From positions 1 through 37,188 of the IMG/VR virus record IMGVR_UViG_3300045988_180981: DNA of 37,188 nt; one strand, written 5' to 3'. This DNA is from a virus. The translations under genes and the position numbers were made by a program. Position 1 is the stretch's first letter, and each line of letters opens with the position of its first letter. The notes below the pieces were generated by a model that was not told the origin of the DNA, searched no databases, and was given only the letters and a program-made list of their open reading frames with translations. This document shows, in pieces, positions 25,201 to 32,417 of the stretch.

Positions 25201-25584
25201 GGATGTGTAGTGCGCGATATTCAAGGTGTTCGTGGTTGAGAAATAAACGCGCTCCGTTTTCTCCCTAGGCTTTGTGATTACCATGTTCGGGAGGATATGG
25301 TGAGACAATTCCCTTGTGGTTTGGATGAGGGAAAGAGCGTGTTTGTACGTCAAAGGGGTAAGCGAAAAGGCGGAAACCATGTCCGTTCCCGTGTAGAAGT
25401 ATTTCGTAGTTCCCTTCTCGATGATTTTGCAAGGCGTGCGAGATGGGTACGCTTCCGCCCTATCGTCCGCAAGGATGTTCAAGGAAGCGGTGTCCAACGT
25501 TTCGTCTTTCACGTCCTCTTGTACGGCTAAAAGGTTGACTTTCTTCTCAACCCATTGCCCTTTTAGGTAAATGTAGAACCTCAT
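22243..25584 (-). CDS. Large virion structural protein (1113 aa), beta-rich. It does not look like a tape-measure protein and may be a host-specificity, baseplate or internal-core protein.
   Basis: Size and position only. No coiled-coil or Ala/Lys/Glu-rich character. Confidence 0.4.
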   Translation of the reverse strand: MRFYIYLKGQWVEKKVNLLAVQEDVKDETLDTASLNILADDRAEAYPSRTPCKIIEKGTTKYFYTGTDMVSAFSLTPLTYKHALSLIQTTRELSHHILPNMVITKPREKTERVYFSTTNTLNIAHYTSATKPTTSVDTWNGFLSNDYAYNEGSPITPRARSTGSRYWEEPYACSKNEKVEKAVLRLRFSALHITGRGVDSNLTGEIVNMKRTFKSPSWLQPYIEIYHTPTNVSQIDDDGKIQDRVEIATYDLTTTSWKGEYMEIALNQATIDTINSYEDGYICIDLKTKVVGQVPSAFGATASAPATFYAKLYDRLFTDVDEYKKNGYQKTMLSMELVFTYKRTFLYDTLQRIIDRQQCEYSQGNKKPLFKLPTSGADYDTLTSVESPEFTFTNQTVFEAVSQVLSTIDALPEFVTTQNADGSTTNTLKIDYLNERGEKITSPIVAGYTSGFSESKYVNGLVSNYQRAELVRTFPTFSNGNDNYVGVRLKTYGVPELQDFAMTMDKPIKYIKRLEVKTKVGFLGVWPKENPSWDEECYRGDCFVQMPIDVSPFTFEESVYSSALSDQGQYPSPNHNIRLQMNCLHFIKGSKYIDLGNKQTNQWNRVYLTFWRCWQDASYRKFGEHAQNCPTDDQVVDPFLTFEYPSQGDYSEIFYRCEYASDLDGRVRVESPVAKADGEMNVSASGASIDLGKLGVNMLGISMRTGVPTMTCNQVMSTWEKRILKGQTTERFGHTWVANKCDYQTIGDGIIKGTIEFTRDFNGLSQRIALDQNKRFSNISESIVEKCEAIVMNYATFYPSISTKADSGFNDEKKTPFTGIAFGGIMMKGFGSAYSGESKNVDFARYYLEPSTSGVRDIYIPLSVYGAGNCICFETAFDSPISAGIKMEVKSDSENDKWWKGLQTATGTKQYFGKDVKCADSEGYAETVSIDYVMGDNATFSHEFPIVYDRNTTKVGTLKDLKFRKMPNEIFALNYEIALLSRFHGDKEVFFGKTFMDMFKEQKPNHKCFVWFGGEDSHKYTPMDTKAKGHRIPSPLDISYRESDLADDGKSKDVVIEFKLSALAMQGVPPVFTSFAIADENQNILVACNWDNLLSHEAVVPCLHFKIDSERIQ

Positions 25585-25585
25585 G

Positions 25586-26101
25586 TCACACCCCCTTCGT
25601 CAAAGTGTTGATTTGCGTATCGCCCAAAAGGGTTCGTTGCTCGTCCTTCGCCATATTGCTTCTCTCCCACGCTTCTTGCGTTAGAAACGCGTTGATGGAC
25701 GAAGAGATTGGGTGAATCACGTTTTTGATTCCCCTATCCAAGTTATCCCATTTCAATTTGGAGGAATAATCGCCAGTTTGAACCGACACGTAATTGTTGA
25801 TTGCCGTGGTGGTTTGTTCCGCTATTTGTAGGGTTTTGGCAAGTATTGCAACGCTGATGGAAGCCTTTACAAAAGCGCTCGTTCCATTTGAAAACAATTT
25901 GCCTACCGTATTCATTTGGCTCGAATACGGAACAAAGGAAGGAACGCGTTTGCCTCCTCCATCATTGGGTGGAGTTGGCTTCGTTCCGCCATTTCCCTTG
26001 TCGGAATCTCCGCCATAATCGGACGGGGCTTTCGGAGTGGTTTTCTTATTCTCTTGCTTTACGTTTTTGATGTAAATGTAGTAGGAACTATTGCTAGCCA
26101 T
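25586..26101 (-). CDS. Hypothetical structural protein (171 aa) with a Gly/Pro-rich N-terminal region
   Basis: Coupled to its neighbours. Confidence 0.45.
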   Translation of the reverse strand: MASNSSYYIYIKNVKQENKKTTPKAPSDYGGDSDKGNGGTKPTPPNDGGGKRVPSFVPYSSQMNTVGKLFSNGTSAFVKASISVAILAKTLQIAEQTTTAINNYVSVQTGDYSSKLKWDNLDRGIKNVIHPISSSINAFLTQEAWERSNMAKDEQRTLLGDTQINTLTKGV

Positions 26102-27122
26102 TGTTCACCACCGCCTTTTTAACCAAGTTGAATGTCGCGCTCAAGGGGCTTCCCAAGGAAATCGGCATTCGGAAATCGACAATCGTTACTTCCATATAGA
26201 AATTCAATCCCGTTAAGGTAGTTCCGTTACGCGATTTCACCTCTAGGGTAGCAGGAACGCTTGATAGTTTCCCAGTTGAGTACATGGAAAGAAGGTAATT
26301 CCAAAAATCGTTGTCCTTGATAACGGCTTCAAAGCCCGTTCCGCGAGCGTTCGTGACAGGCAAGGAAGAACTTTCGCTATCCGCCTTGCCACCGATTTCA
26401 AATCCTTGTTGGGAGGAAGTCGAAGCGGTGTAAGTGAGATTGATGGTATCCGTTTTCACTTCCTCGGACAAATCCTCCAAAGTTCCGTCCGATTTCTTCC
26501 TCGTGATGGTCAAAACTTCTTTGAACGCGTTCCCGTAAACGTATCCGTCTTTCGCGTTTGCGTTCTTCATCGTGGACACGTATAGCGTGAAATTAAGGCT
26601 AATCCACGGCTCCATCGTGTTGACGGGCAACTTGTATTGCTCGGAAATGTAAGCGTTTAGTTGCTTCAATAGGGATTGCCCGTATTGATCCAAATCCAAA
26701 TCGGTGATTTCCCCAAGTTCAAAGGCGGAAATGTTGGTCACCGCGCCTTGCTTATATGCGATTTTTCCATCGTCTCCGTAAACGGAGAACAAAGGGTTTT
26801 GCCCAACGAAGCACTTTACGAGATATTCTTGCATTGCAAGCATTTTGTCTTTGAAACGGACGGGGAAATAGATGGAAACGGGGAACGAATAATCCACTTG
26901 CTCCAAATCTTTTATCGGGTTGAACTCGCCCGTTCCGTTCTCCATGAAAACGGGGAAGAAGTTGGATTTCGTTTTCGGGTCATAAACGTGGTCTAGGTGA
27001 TAGCCCGAAGTCTTAACGGAAAACACCCCGTCAAAAGGACGGGTTGCTTCTTCTGGGATGTTTGGCGAAGTTCCATTGAGGATGGAATCAAGTTCCTTAG
27101 CGATTTCCTTTACGGTCAACAT
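26094..27122 (-). CDS. Virion structural protein (342 aa); possible major tail or tail-tube protein
   Basis: Position after the connector genes; no motif. Confidence 0.3.
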   Translation of the reverse strand: MLTVKEIAKELDSILNGTSPNIPEEATRPFDGVFSVKTSGYHLDHVYDPKTKSNFFPVFMENGTGEFNPIKDLEQVDYSFPVSIYFPVRFKDKMLAMQEYLVKCFVGQNPLFSVYGDDGKIAYKQGAVTNISAFELGEITDLDLDQYGQSLLKQLNAYISEQYKLPVNTMEPWISLNFTLYVSTMKNANAKDGYVYGNAFKEVLTITRKKSDGTLEDLSEEVKTDTINLTYTASTSSQQGFEIGGKADSESSSLPVTNARGTGFEAVIKDNDFWNYLLSMYSTGKLSSVPATLEVKSRNGTTLTGLNFYMEVTIVDFRMPISLGSPLSATFNLVKKAVVNNG

Positions 27123-27414
27123 TTCCGATTACCCCCATTATATTTCCTGCAAACGAAGTGACGATAGCGCCCAAACCAAAGCAACAAGCCTTAACCGCGG
27201 ATGAATAAACTCCCGTCAGTTTAAGAGCCAAAATGAAGTCTTGCGTAGTTACGGGAACGCTAAAATCTGTTTGAGATCGAACGTAATCGCTTATCACATT
27301 CAAGTCCGCCTTTGAAAAAGCGGTAGCTACGAAAGCAAGGGCAACAATGCCCAAAACCATTGAGCAAACGTGCAAGATGATGGTAAACGTTTTAAATAAT
27401 TTGTTAGAAACCAT
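27097..27414 (-). CDS. Small membrane-associated protein (~105 aa)
   Basis: AAAGGAAG SD before the ATG at 27414; hydrophobic segment. Confidence 0.4.
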   Translation of the reverse strand: MVSNKLFKTFTIILHVCSMVLGIVALAFVATAFSKADLNVISDYVRSQTDFSVPVTTQDFILALKLTGVYSSAVKACCFGLGAIVTSFAGNIMGVIGNVDRKGNR

Positions 27415-27820
27415 GCCTACTTCCTTTCGTTTTGTAAATTTTCGCCCCATAGTTACGCTCGAAATAATTCAAAGCGTAACCGATTACGGTGTTATCCCTA
27501 GAATCATCGTCAACGAACCCAACCCATTTTCTAGAACCAGGGTGGAACTTTCCATTGAACCTTCCGCCAATGCCAAATTCTGGACCTTTGTTGAAAGAGT
27601 TCGGAATATCGTGTGGTGTAGTTCCGGTGTTCAAATAGTATGCATATGGCGCTATGAAGTCAGAAATGGTCAAACAATACAAGTTGTTGTTCAAAAAAAT
27701 GCCATAAGTGGCATTGTTCGCCAAATTTCCCGAAGCAAAAGGCATACAACCGCCTTTGAAAAACGGTCTTTTAACGTGCGTTGTGATATTTCGGCAATCC
27801 CTTTTGAAGTTGTAACTCAT
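27404..27820 (-). CDS. Hypothetical structural protein (~138 aa)
   Basis: ATGA overlap with the upstream gene at 27817-27820. Confidence 0.45.
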   Translation of the reverse strand: MSYNFKRDCRNITTHVKRPFFKGGCMPFASGNLANNATYGIFLNNNLYCLTISDFIAPYAYYLNTGTTPHDIPNSFNKGPEFGIGGRFNGKFHPGSRKWVGFVDDDSRDNTVIGYALNYFERNYGAKIYKTKGSRHGF

Positions 27821-28170
27821 TTCAACGTGATTCCCTTCGGGCATTTAGCCATCAATTTGCCGGAATCCATGATTCCTGCGTTCACGAAGCGCCCTTGCTC
27901 GAAATACACGCCAACGCTCGTGACGCTCCACAATTTACCAAGGAACTCGATTCTATCGCCATCGGAAATATCCTCGGGCATATTGCTTGAAAAAATGTAG
28001 GTATCATCGGAACCGTTGACGATTCCCCTTGAGAACGTGTAGGAATTTTTCTCCAATGGCTTCGCTGGGCGACCACGAAAAGTTGCTGAGGGAACGTCCT
28101 CGTATTCGTAAGAGGAGTTTTTAACCCTCTTGTATAGTTTTAAAACGTAAGTTTCACCCCTTGAGACCAT
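27817..28170 (-). CDS. Head-tail joining protein candidate (117 aa)
   Basis: Position downstream of the major capsid protein and connector genes. Confidence 0.35.
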   Translation of the reverse strand: MVSRGETYVLKLYKRVKNSSYEYEDVPSATFRGRPAKPLEKNSYTFSRGIVNGSDDTYIFSSNMPEDISDGDRIEFLGKLWSVTSVGVYFEQGRFVNAGIMDSGKLMAKCPKGITLK

Positions 28171-28642
28171 GAATTATTGCCCTTATGTTCCACGGATAAT
28201 AAAACGAAGTAAAGATATTGAAATGGAAGTACATGGATGAGTTGTCCAAAATCATTTCTGCGCTAGGGCACAAAATGTTGATTCGAATCGCGTTCCTGTC
28301 GATCACTTGCCCATTTGCCATGTTGATGGGGGAGGTAACTCCCAAATCGTTGTAACCGTTTTGGATGTCCGCTTCCATTTGCTCCGTCAAAACGTCTTTG
28401 ATGAACTTTCTACCAGAGTCGGTTTCGTTAATCAAATACAAGCCCATTTGTACGTTATTCGAGTTTAACTTGTCTCGAATCGCGTTGTAAACAACCCTTG
28501 AGTTCTTCACTCTCCGCTTATCTAGCGTTCCATCGTCTCGGTATGCAATGTCAAAATGTTGCTTGCAATAAGCGCGCGTTAGAACGAATTGCTCTCCGTT
28601 CCATTCCAGTTCTTCATCGGTTTTTGGCTCTAAATATTTCAT
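28154..28642 (-). CDS. Head-tail connector/adaptor candidate (~162 aa)
   Basis: First gene after the terminator that follows the major capsid protein; start at MKYLEPK. Confidence 0.35.
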   Translation of the reverse strand: MKYLEPKTDEELEWNGEQFVLTRAYCKQHFDIAYRDDGTLDKRRVKNSRVVYNAIRDKLNSNNVQMGLYLINETDSGRKFIKDVLTEQMEADIQNGYNDLGVTSPINMANGQVIDRNAIRINILCPSAEMILDNSSMYFHFNIFTSFYYPWNIRAIIHGLKG

Positions 28643-28655
28643 AGAAACATAATAG

Positions 28656-28686
28656 CACGAAAAAACCCCTATTTGCATAGGGGCTT
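28656..28686 (-). terminator. Rho-independent terminator directly after the major capsid gene
   Basis: GCCCCUAU-GCAA-AUAGGGG followed by UUUUUU on the minus strand. Confidence 0.7.
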
Positions 28687-28704
28687 TCTCAAAGGGGGTT
28701 AACC

Positions 28705-30150
28705 TTAAGCGGTGGCTTTGACGGAGGTCAAGGCAACAGAGCCATCATCGGAAATGACTAAGACGTTGATGAACTTGCTAGCCGTGATGGTGGAAGCGGT
28801 GGTCGCTCCTCCATTCAAGTAGGTCAAATCATCGTTGACATCATTGGCTTTGCAAGCCTTGTAGAAGTCCTCAACGGTTTCCACTGGAGCGTCGGTTTGG
28901 ACGTAGTGCCCAAGCATGACGTGGTTGGAATTAGCATCATCCATGGCGGTGGCGGTGACTTTGATTCCGCTCGTTTTGGAAGCGGTGACCGCTCCAAAGA
29001 CCGGGAAGAGACGGCTACCAGCGCCCTTCAATTTGAAGGAAATTCCGTTGAACTCACTATTCTTCTTTTCGAAGATGGTTTTGAGTTCGGAAAGGAATCC
29101 AACTTTGTCCGCGTTGCCGCGATACATAAGCGCGTTGCCGAGAGGATACCAAGACTTCACACCGAATTTGGTGAACGGTTGAAGGATGAATCCCTGCCCT
29201 GCGATAGCGTCAACGATTTTGGTGCTTTCAATCATGGAAACACCGCGAGCGGTGGCATAGTCGGAGGCAATGTAGCCAACGAAAGAGCCTTTCTTGAGTT
29301 CGGTGGACGGCATACCCAAGAACTCGGAAGCGTGGCGGAGGGATTCGTTGGAGATTCCGTGGCACGGAACTCCATCGATGTCACCCCAATATCCGTTCTC
29401 GGAAGTGGTGTCGCGAGCGCCTTCCGCGAGGGAACGTCCCTTCAAGATGGCTTGCGCGTAGTTAGAACCGCCAATTGATAGGATACCGGCCGCTTTCAAG
29501 ATGGGGCGGAAACCCATTTTGAATACCGCGATACGACCATTTTCGGGGAAAATGTCGATTCCGTGCGCATCGTCTCCTTCGTCCAAGAGGGAGTTTAGCT
29601 CGATGAAGCGTTGGGCAACATTTTTTTCCTTGATATCATCTTCGGAAATGTTGATTGCATTGTAGCCAGTTCCTTTAGCTTCGCCTTCCCAAGCACTTAA
29701 GAGGTGAGCTCCTGCGGTAGCGCCATTGATAACGGTGTTCAAATAGCGACCGTGTACGTCAACTTCCTTAGCGAGCATATCCACCTTGATGGTGTCTTGG
29801 CGAGCTCTCGGAACGAAGATGGGATCGTCCAAAACTTGGAGAATGTCGATACCAACTGTTTCAGTTTGGACGAAATGCTGGTCTTGGGAGAAAGAACCGC
29901 CATTTTTGGTAGCGCCCATTTCACGGGGCTTCATTTTGATCGGAACAATGCGGTTGACGAAGATTTGGGCGTTGGTGTTCGCTTCCTCTTCGGTCACGTA
30001 TTTGTCATTGACACCGCGACCCGCGGTCTCAATCAAGCCTTGGAACATATTTTCCAAAAGGGCTTGGGAAATTTTCGCTTCGGCACGAACGCGGTTAATG
30101 GAAGGCGCGTTATCGGGAGCGAGAATCTGTTGGATTACTTCGATAGCCAT
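28705..30150 (-). CDS. Major capsid protein candidate (481 aa), possibly with a C-terminal Ig-like decoration domain
   Basis: Sits after the scaffold gene and is followed by a terminator. Size and Gly/Ala-rich composition fit; no search was run. Confidence 0.55.
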   Translation of the reverse strand: MAIEVIQQILAPDNAPSINRVRAEAKISQALLENMFQGLIETAGRGVNDKYVTEEEANTNAQIFVNRIVPIKMKPREMGATKNGGSFSQDQHFVQTETVGIDILQVLDDPIFVPRARQDTIKVDMLAKEVDVHGRYLNTVINGATAGAHLLSAWEGEAKGTGYNAINISEDDIKEKNVAQRFIELNSLLDEGDDAHGIDIFPENGRIAVFKMGFRPILKAAGILSIGGSNYAQAILKGRSLAEGARDTTSENGYWGDIDGVPCHGISNESLRHASEFLGMPSTELKKGSFVGYIASDYATARGVSMIESTKIVDAIAGQGFILQPFTKFGVKSWYPLGNALMYRGNADKVGFLSELKTIFEKKNSEFNGISFKLKGAGSRLFPVFGAVTASKTSGIKVTATAMDDANSNHVMLGHYVQTDAPVETVEDFYKACKANDVNDDLTYLNGGATTASTITASKFINVLVISDDGSVALTSVKATA

Positions 30151-30169
30151 AATTTTATCCTACTTTCGT

Positions 30170-30727
30170 TTATCTCCTTCCGCGATTTAGTTTGTCGAGG
30201 GTTCTCGCAATTCCCTCATTCGTTCCGACTGATGGCGCGGAAGATCCACTCAAGCCAATGTCTTGGCCCTCATCGGTTTTGTCGCGAAGCACATTCGCGT
30301 CTCTCAACGCGGTGCGCAACGCTTCGTTTTCTTTCGCCATTCCGTCCAACGCTTTAGACAAAGATTCGATTTTGGTCATGACGGCCTCCATCGACACTGC
30401 GTTCTCGGGATTTCCAGCCTCAATTGTCGCTTCGGGGGTGACTGGTGTCGGAGCGCCCCCTGCTTCGGGGGTCTTATCTTCGGCTACGGGTGCTTCCGTT
30501 GCGGTCGGGGTTGGGGCGTTTTCGGTCGGCTCGGCTTCTTTGCCTTTCGCGCCTTCGGCTACTTCCGCTTGTGCGTTTTCATCCATTGGCTGGGCTTTTT
30601 CGGCTTTGCCTTCCATCGGGTCTTCGTCTTCATCGGGGGCGAAGAACGTTGCGAGTTCGTCTTCGGAAATGCCACCCTTCTCGATGAGTTTCCCGATTTT
30701 GCTTAGAAATTTTTCCTTGTTGTTCAT
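30170..30727 (-). CDS. Scaffolding protein candidate (185 aa): acidic, Pro/Ala/Glu-rich middle, helical C-terminus
   Basis: Composition and position directly upstream of the capsid gene. Confidence 0.45.
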   Translation of the reverse strand: MNNKEKFLSKIGKLIEKGGISEDELATFFAPDEDEDPMEGKAEKAQPMDENAQAEVAEGAKGKEAEPTENAPTPTATEAPVAEDKTPEAGGAPTPVTPEATIEAGNPENAVSMEAVMTKIESLSKALDGMAKENEALRTALRDANVLRDKTDEGQDIGLSGSSAPSVGTNEGIARTLDKLNRGRR

Positions 30728-30793
30728 GGAACAGCCTTTCTAACAAATGATTTTCGGCAGTCGCGCTTGGCGAGACCACCTATTGCCACGTGT

Positions 30794-30822
30794 ATTATAC
30801 ACTTTTTTAGACAATGCAACAA
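30794..30822 (-). promoter_or_regulatory. Promoter-like element TTGTTG-17 nt-TGTATAAT overlapping a 13-bp palindrome GTGTATTATACAC, immediately 3' of a terminator
   Basis: Reverse complement of 30794-30822. Confidence 0.4.
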
Positions 30823-30857
30823 AAAACCCGTTCTCCTGTGCAAGAACGGGCTTTTTC
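30821..30857 (-). terminator. Strong rho-independent terminator flanked by an A-tract and a T-tract, so it is formally bidirectional
   Basis: CCCGTTCT-8 nt-AGAACGGG (8-bp stem); UUUUUUGUU follows on the minus strand. Confidence 0.75.
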
Positions 30858-31089
30858 GCCATTCATCGGGTTGCAAATCCGACTTGTGGCTTCCCACCAA
30901 CGCGCCATGCGGAGGAAACAAAATAAAACTCAACATCGCGTTCAATGGGGTTTGTTGGCTTCGAGTCATGAGTATTGCGACTTTTTTTATGAACAAGACA
31001 TACAAGTTAAGAAAGGAGGTGGCGCTCCCGAAGCCAACGCTCATTAAGGAGATATTAGAACCACGTAGGTTGACTAGGCCTACAAGGAA

Positions 31090-31118
31090 ATAATATATCC
31101 TTAAAGGATATATTGCAA
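31090..31118 (-). promoter_or_regulatory. Sigma-A-like promoter TTGCAA-17 nt-TATTAT whose spacer is a perfect 23-bp palindrome AATATATCCTTAAAGGATATATT (31092-31114); operator-controlled promoter
   Basis: Read from the reverse complement; the palindrome was checked arm by arm. Confidence 0.55.
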
Positions 31119-31122
31119 CGCT

Positions 31123-31395
31123 TTATTGGTCGTCTTTCGCGGAAGCCCCGTATTTATTGACCGCTTCCTTGAAACCAACGGAGTTGTCCTTCGGCATTGG
31201 TTCGGCAAGTTGCCGTTCTTGGACGTGCTCCAACGGTCCAACGATTTGGATGGTTTGCCCATTGTATTCCACGGTCACAACCGCTTTCTTGGTCTCCGCA
31301 ACCTGCCGAGGTTGGGCTTTGTTGCCACTACCGAATTTCCCCGTGGAGGGGTCATAAGTTTGGAGTTTTCCTTTTCCACCGACTTTAACTGGCAT
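31123..31395 (-). CDS. Small hypothetical protein (90 aa)
   Basis: AGAGGTG SD. Confidence 0.5.
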   Translation of the reverse strand: MPVKVGGKGKLQTYDPSTGKFGSGNKAQPRQVAETKKAVVTVEYNGQTIQIVGPLEHVQERQLAEPMPKDNSVGFKEAVNKYGASAKDDQ

Positions 31396-31399
31396 AATT

Positions 31400-32320
31400 T
31401 CACACCTCTATTCTGTAGGAGTGCCATTGGTAGCCGTGCTTCTTGGCGAACGCTTTGTAGCGCTTCGTGGCTTCCTTGGCTTTGTTGGCATAGGTTTCCG
31501 CCAACTTCCTATCGATGTCATTATACAACTTTGCCATGCGCTTCAAATAGCGGATTTGCCGTTCCATCTCGCGCAACTTTGCTTCGATTTTCCGTTCCCT
31601 CTCCATTTCCTCGTCCGTGTAGGCCCTCGGTGGCTTAGAACCTTTCGTGTAGGGAATCAAATGGTGACGGCAATTGAAGCCGTTGATGATGTTGTTGTGG
31701 TATCCGTACTTATCGGTTTGAGCCATGATGGAAGGAAGCGAATACACCTCGTTCCCATCGACTTTCCTCCCCATCTTGAAGGACGGGTCTTTCGATTTAT
31801 TGCGGATGTCCACCAACTTTCCTTGCCACGGGGCGCAACGCTTCGAGCAATTCACGTGGGATGAGAGCCAACAAAGCGTATATCCGTGCTTCAATAGCGC
31901 GTCCAACTTCTTTTGTTGCTCCTCGGCCCTCAAATCGATTTCGGATTTCGCGAAAATGGAGATTTGGCGCTTCCCTTCCTCTTTGTGCGTGGGGTCTTTC
32001 ATCGCCTCCTCTTTGATTCTCTCGCGCAATTTCTTAGCGTAGGCCTTGCAATTCGGGTTTTGAACCAACTTTCGGTGCTTGGAAGCCTCCATAACGTTGT
32101 GGAACTCGGTCTTATTGAAATTGTCGATGAACTCTTTGGGGTTAGAAATTCCGTGCATTGCTTCCTTTTCGTCCTCTTTGAGTTTCTTGAAGTCCTTTTT
32201 GAGTGCTTTCACCTCCTCCAAGTCTTCAAAACCACCGCTACGAAGCCCTAAAACGAACCCTTTTCCGTCCTCGTAGGACAATCCAAGCCACTTTTCGGGG
32301 TTCGCGAGCAATGCGTTCAT
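31400..32320 (-). CDS. Minor head (head-morphogenesis) protein, SPP1 gp7 / Mu F-like, placed by position. Start uncertain; the ORF stays open to 32596.
   Basis: Basic, helical protein directly downstream of the portal gene with a Cys/His-containing core (NCRHHLIPY). Confidence 0.4.
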   Translation of the reverse strand: MNALLANPEKWLGLSYEDGKGFVLGLRSGGFEDLEEVKALKKDFKKLKEDEKEAMHGISNPKEFIDNFNKTEFHNVMEASKHRKLVQNPNCKAYAKKLRERIKEEAMKDPTHKEEGKRQISIFAKSEIDLRAEEQQKKLDALLKHGYTLCWLSSHVNCSKRCAPWQGKLVDIRNKSKDPSFKMGRKVDGNEVYSLPSIMAQTDKYGYHNNIINGFNCRHHLIPYTKGSKPPRAYTDEEMERERKIEAKLREMERQIRYLKRMAKLYNDIDRKLAETYANKAKEATKRYKAFAKKHGYQWHSYRIEV

Positions 32321-32417
32321 TTTACGGGTGAAGAAAAATCTCGATTTTAGGTATAGCAAGCAAAAAAGAGCCAAGAGCAAAATCTCGGTTCTTTTTTTAG
32401 AAGATCTTTCTATGGTC

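Noticed and set aside
22243-25584. Considered calling the 1113-aa protein a tape-measure protein
   Set aside because: The sequence is rich in Tyr/Thr/Ser/Gly/Asn and beta-like. It has no long helical or coiled-coil heptad character and no Ala/Lys/Glu bias.
30724-31044. 106-aa minus-strand ORF and 108-aa plus-strand ORF (30767-31093) in the gap between the 90-aa gene and the scaffold gene
   Set aside because: Both read straight through the 8-bp-stem intrinsic terminator at 30821-30857 and lack SD sequences. The region is better explained as a promoter-leader-terminator cassette.
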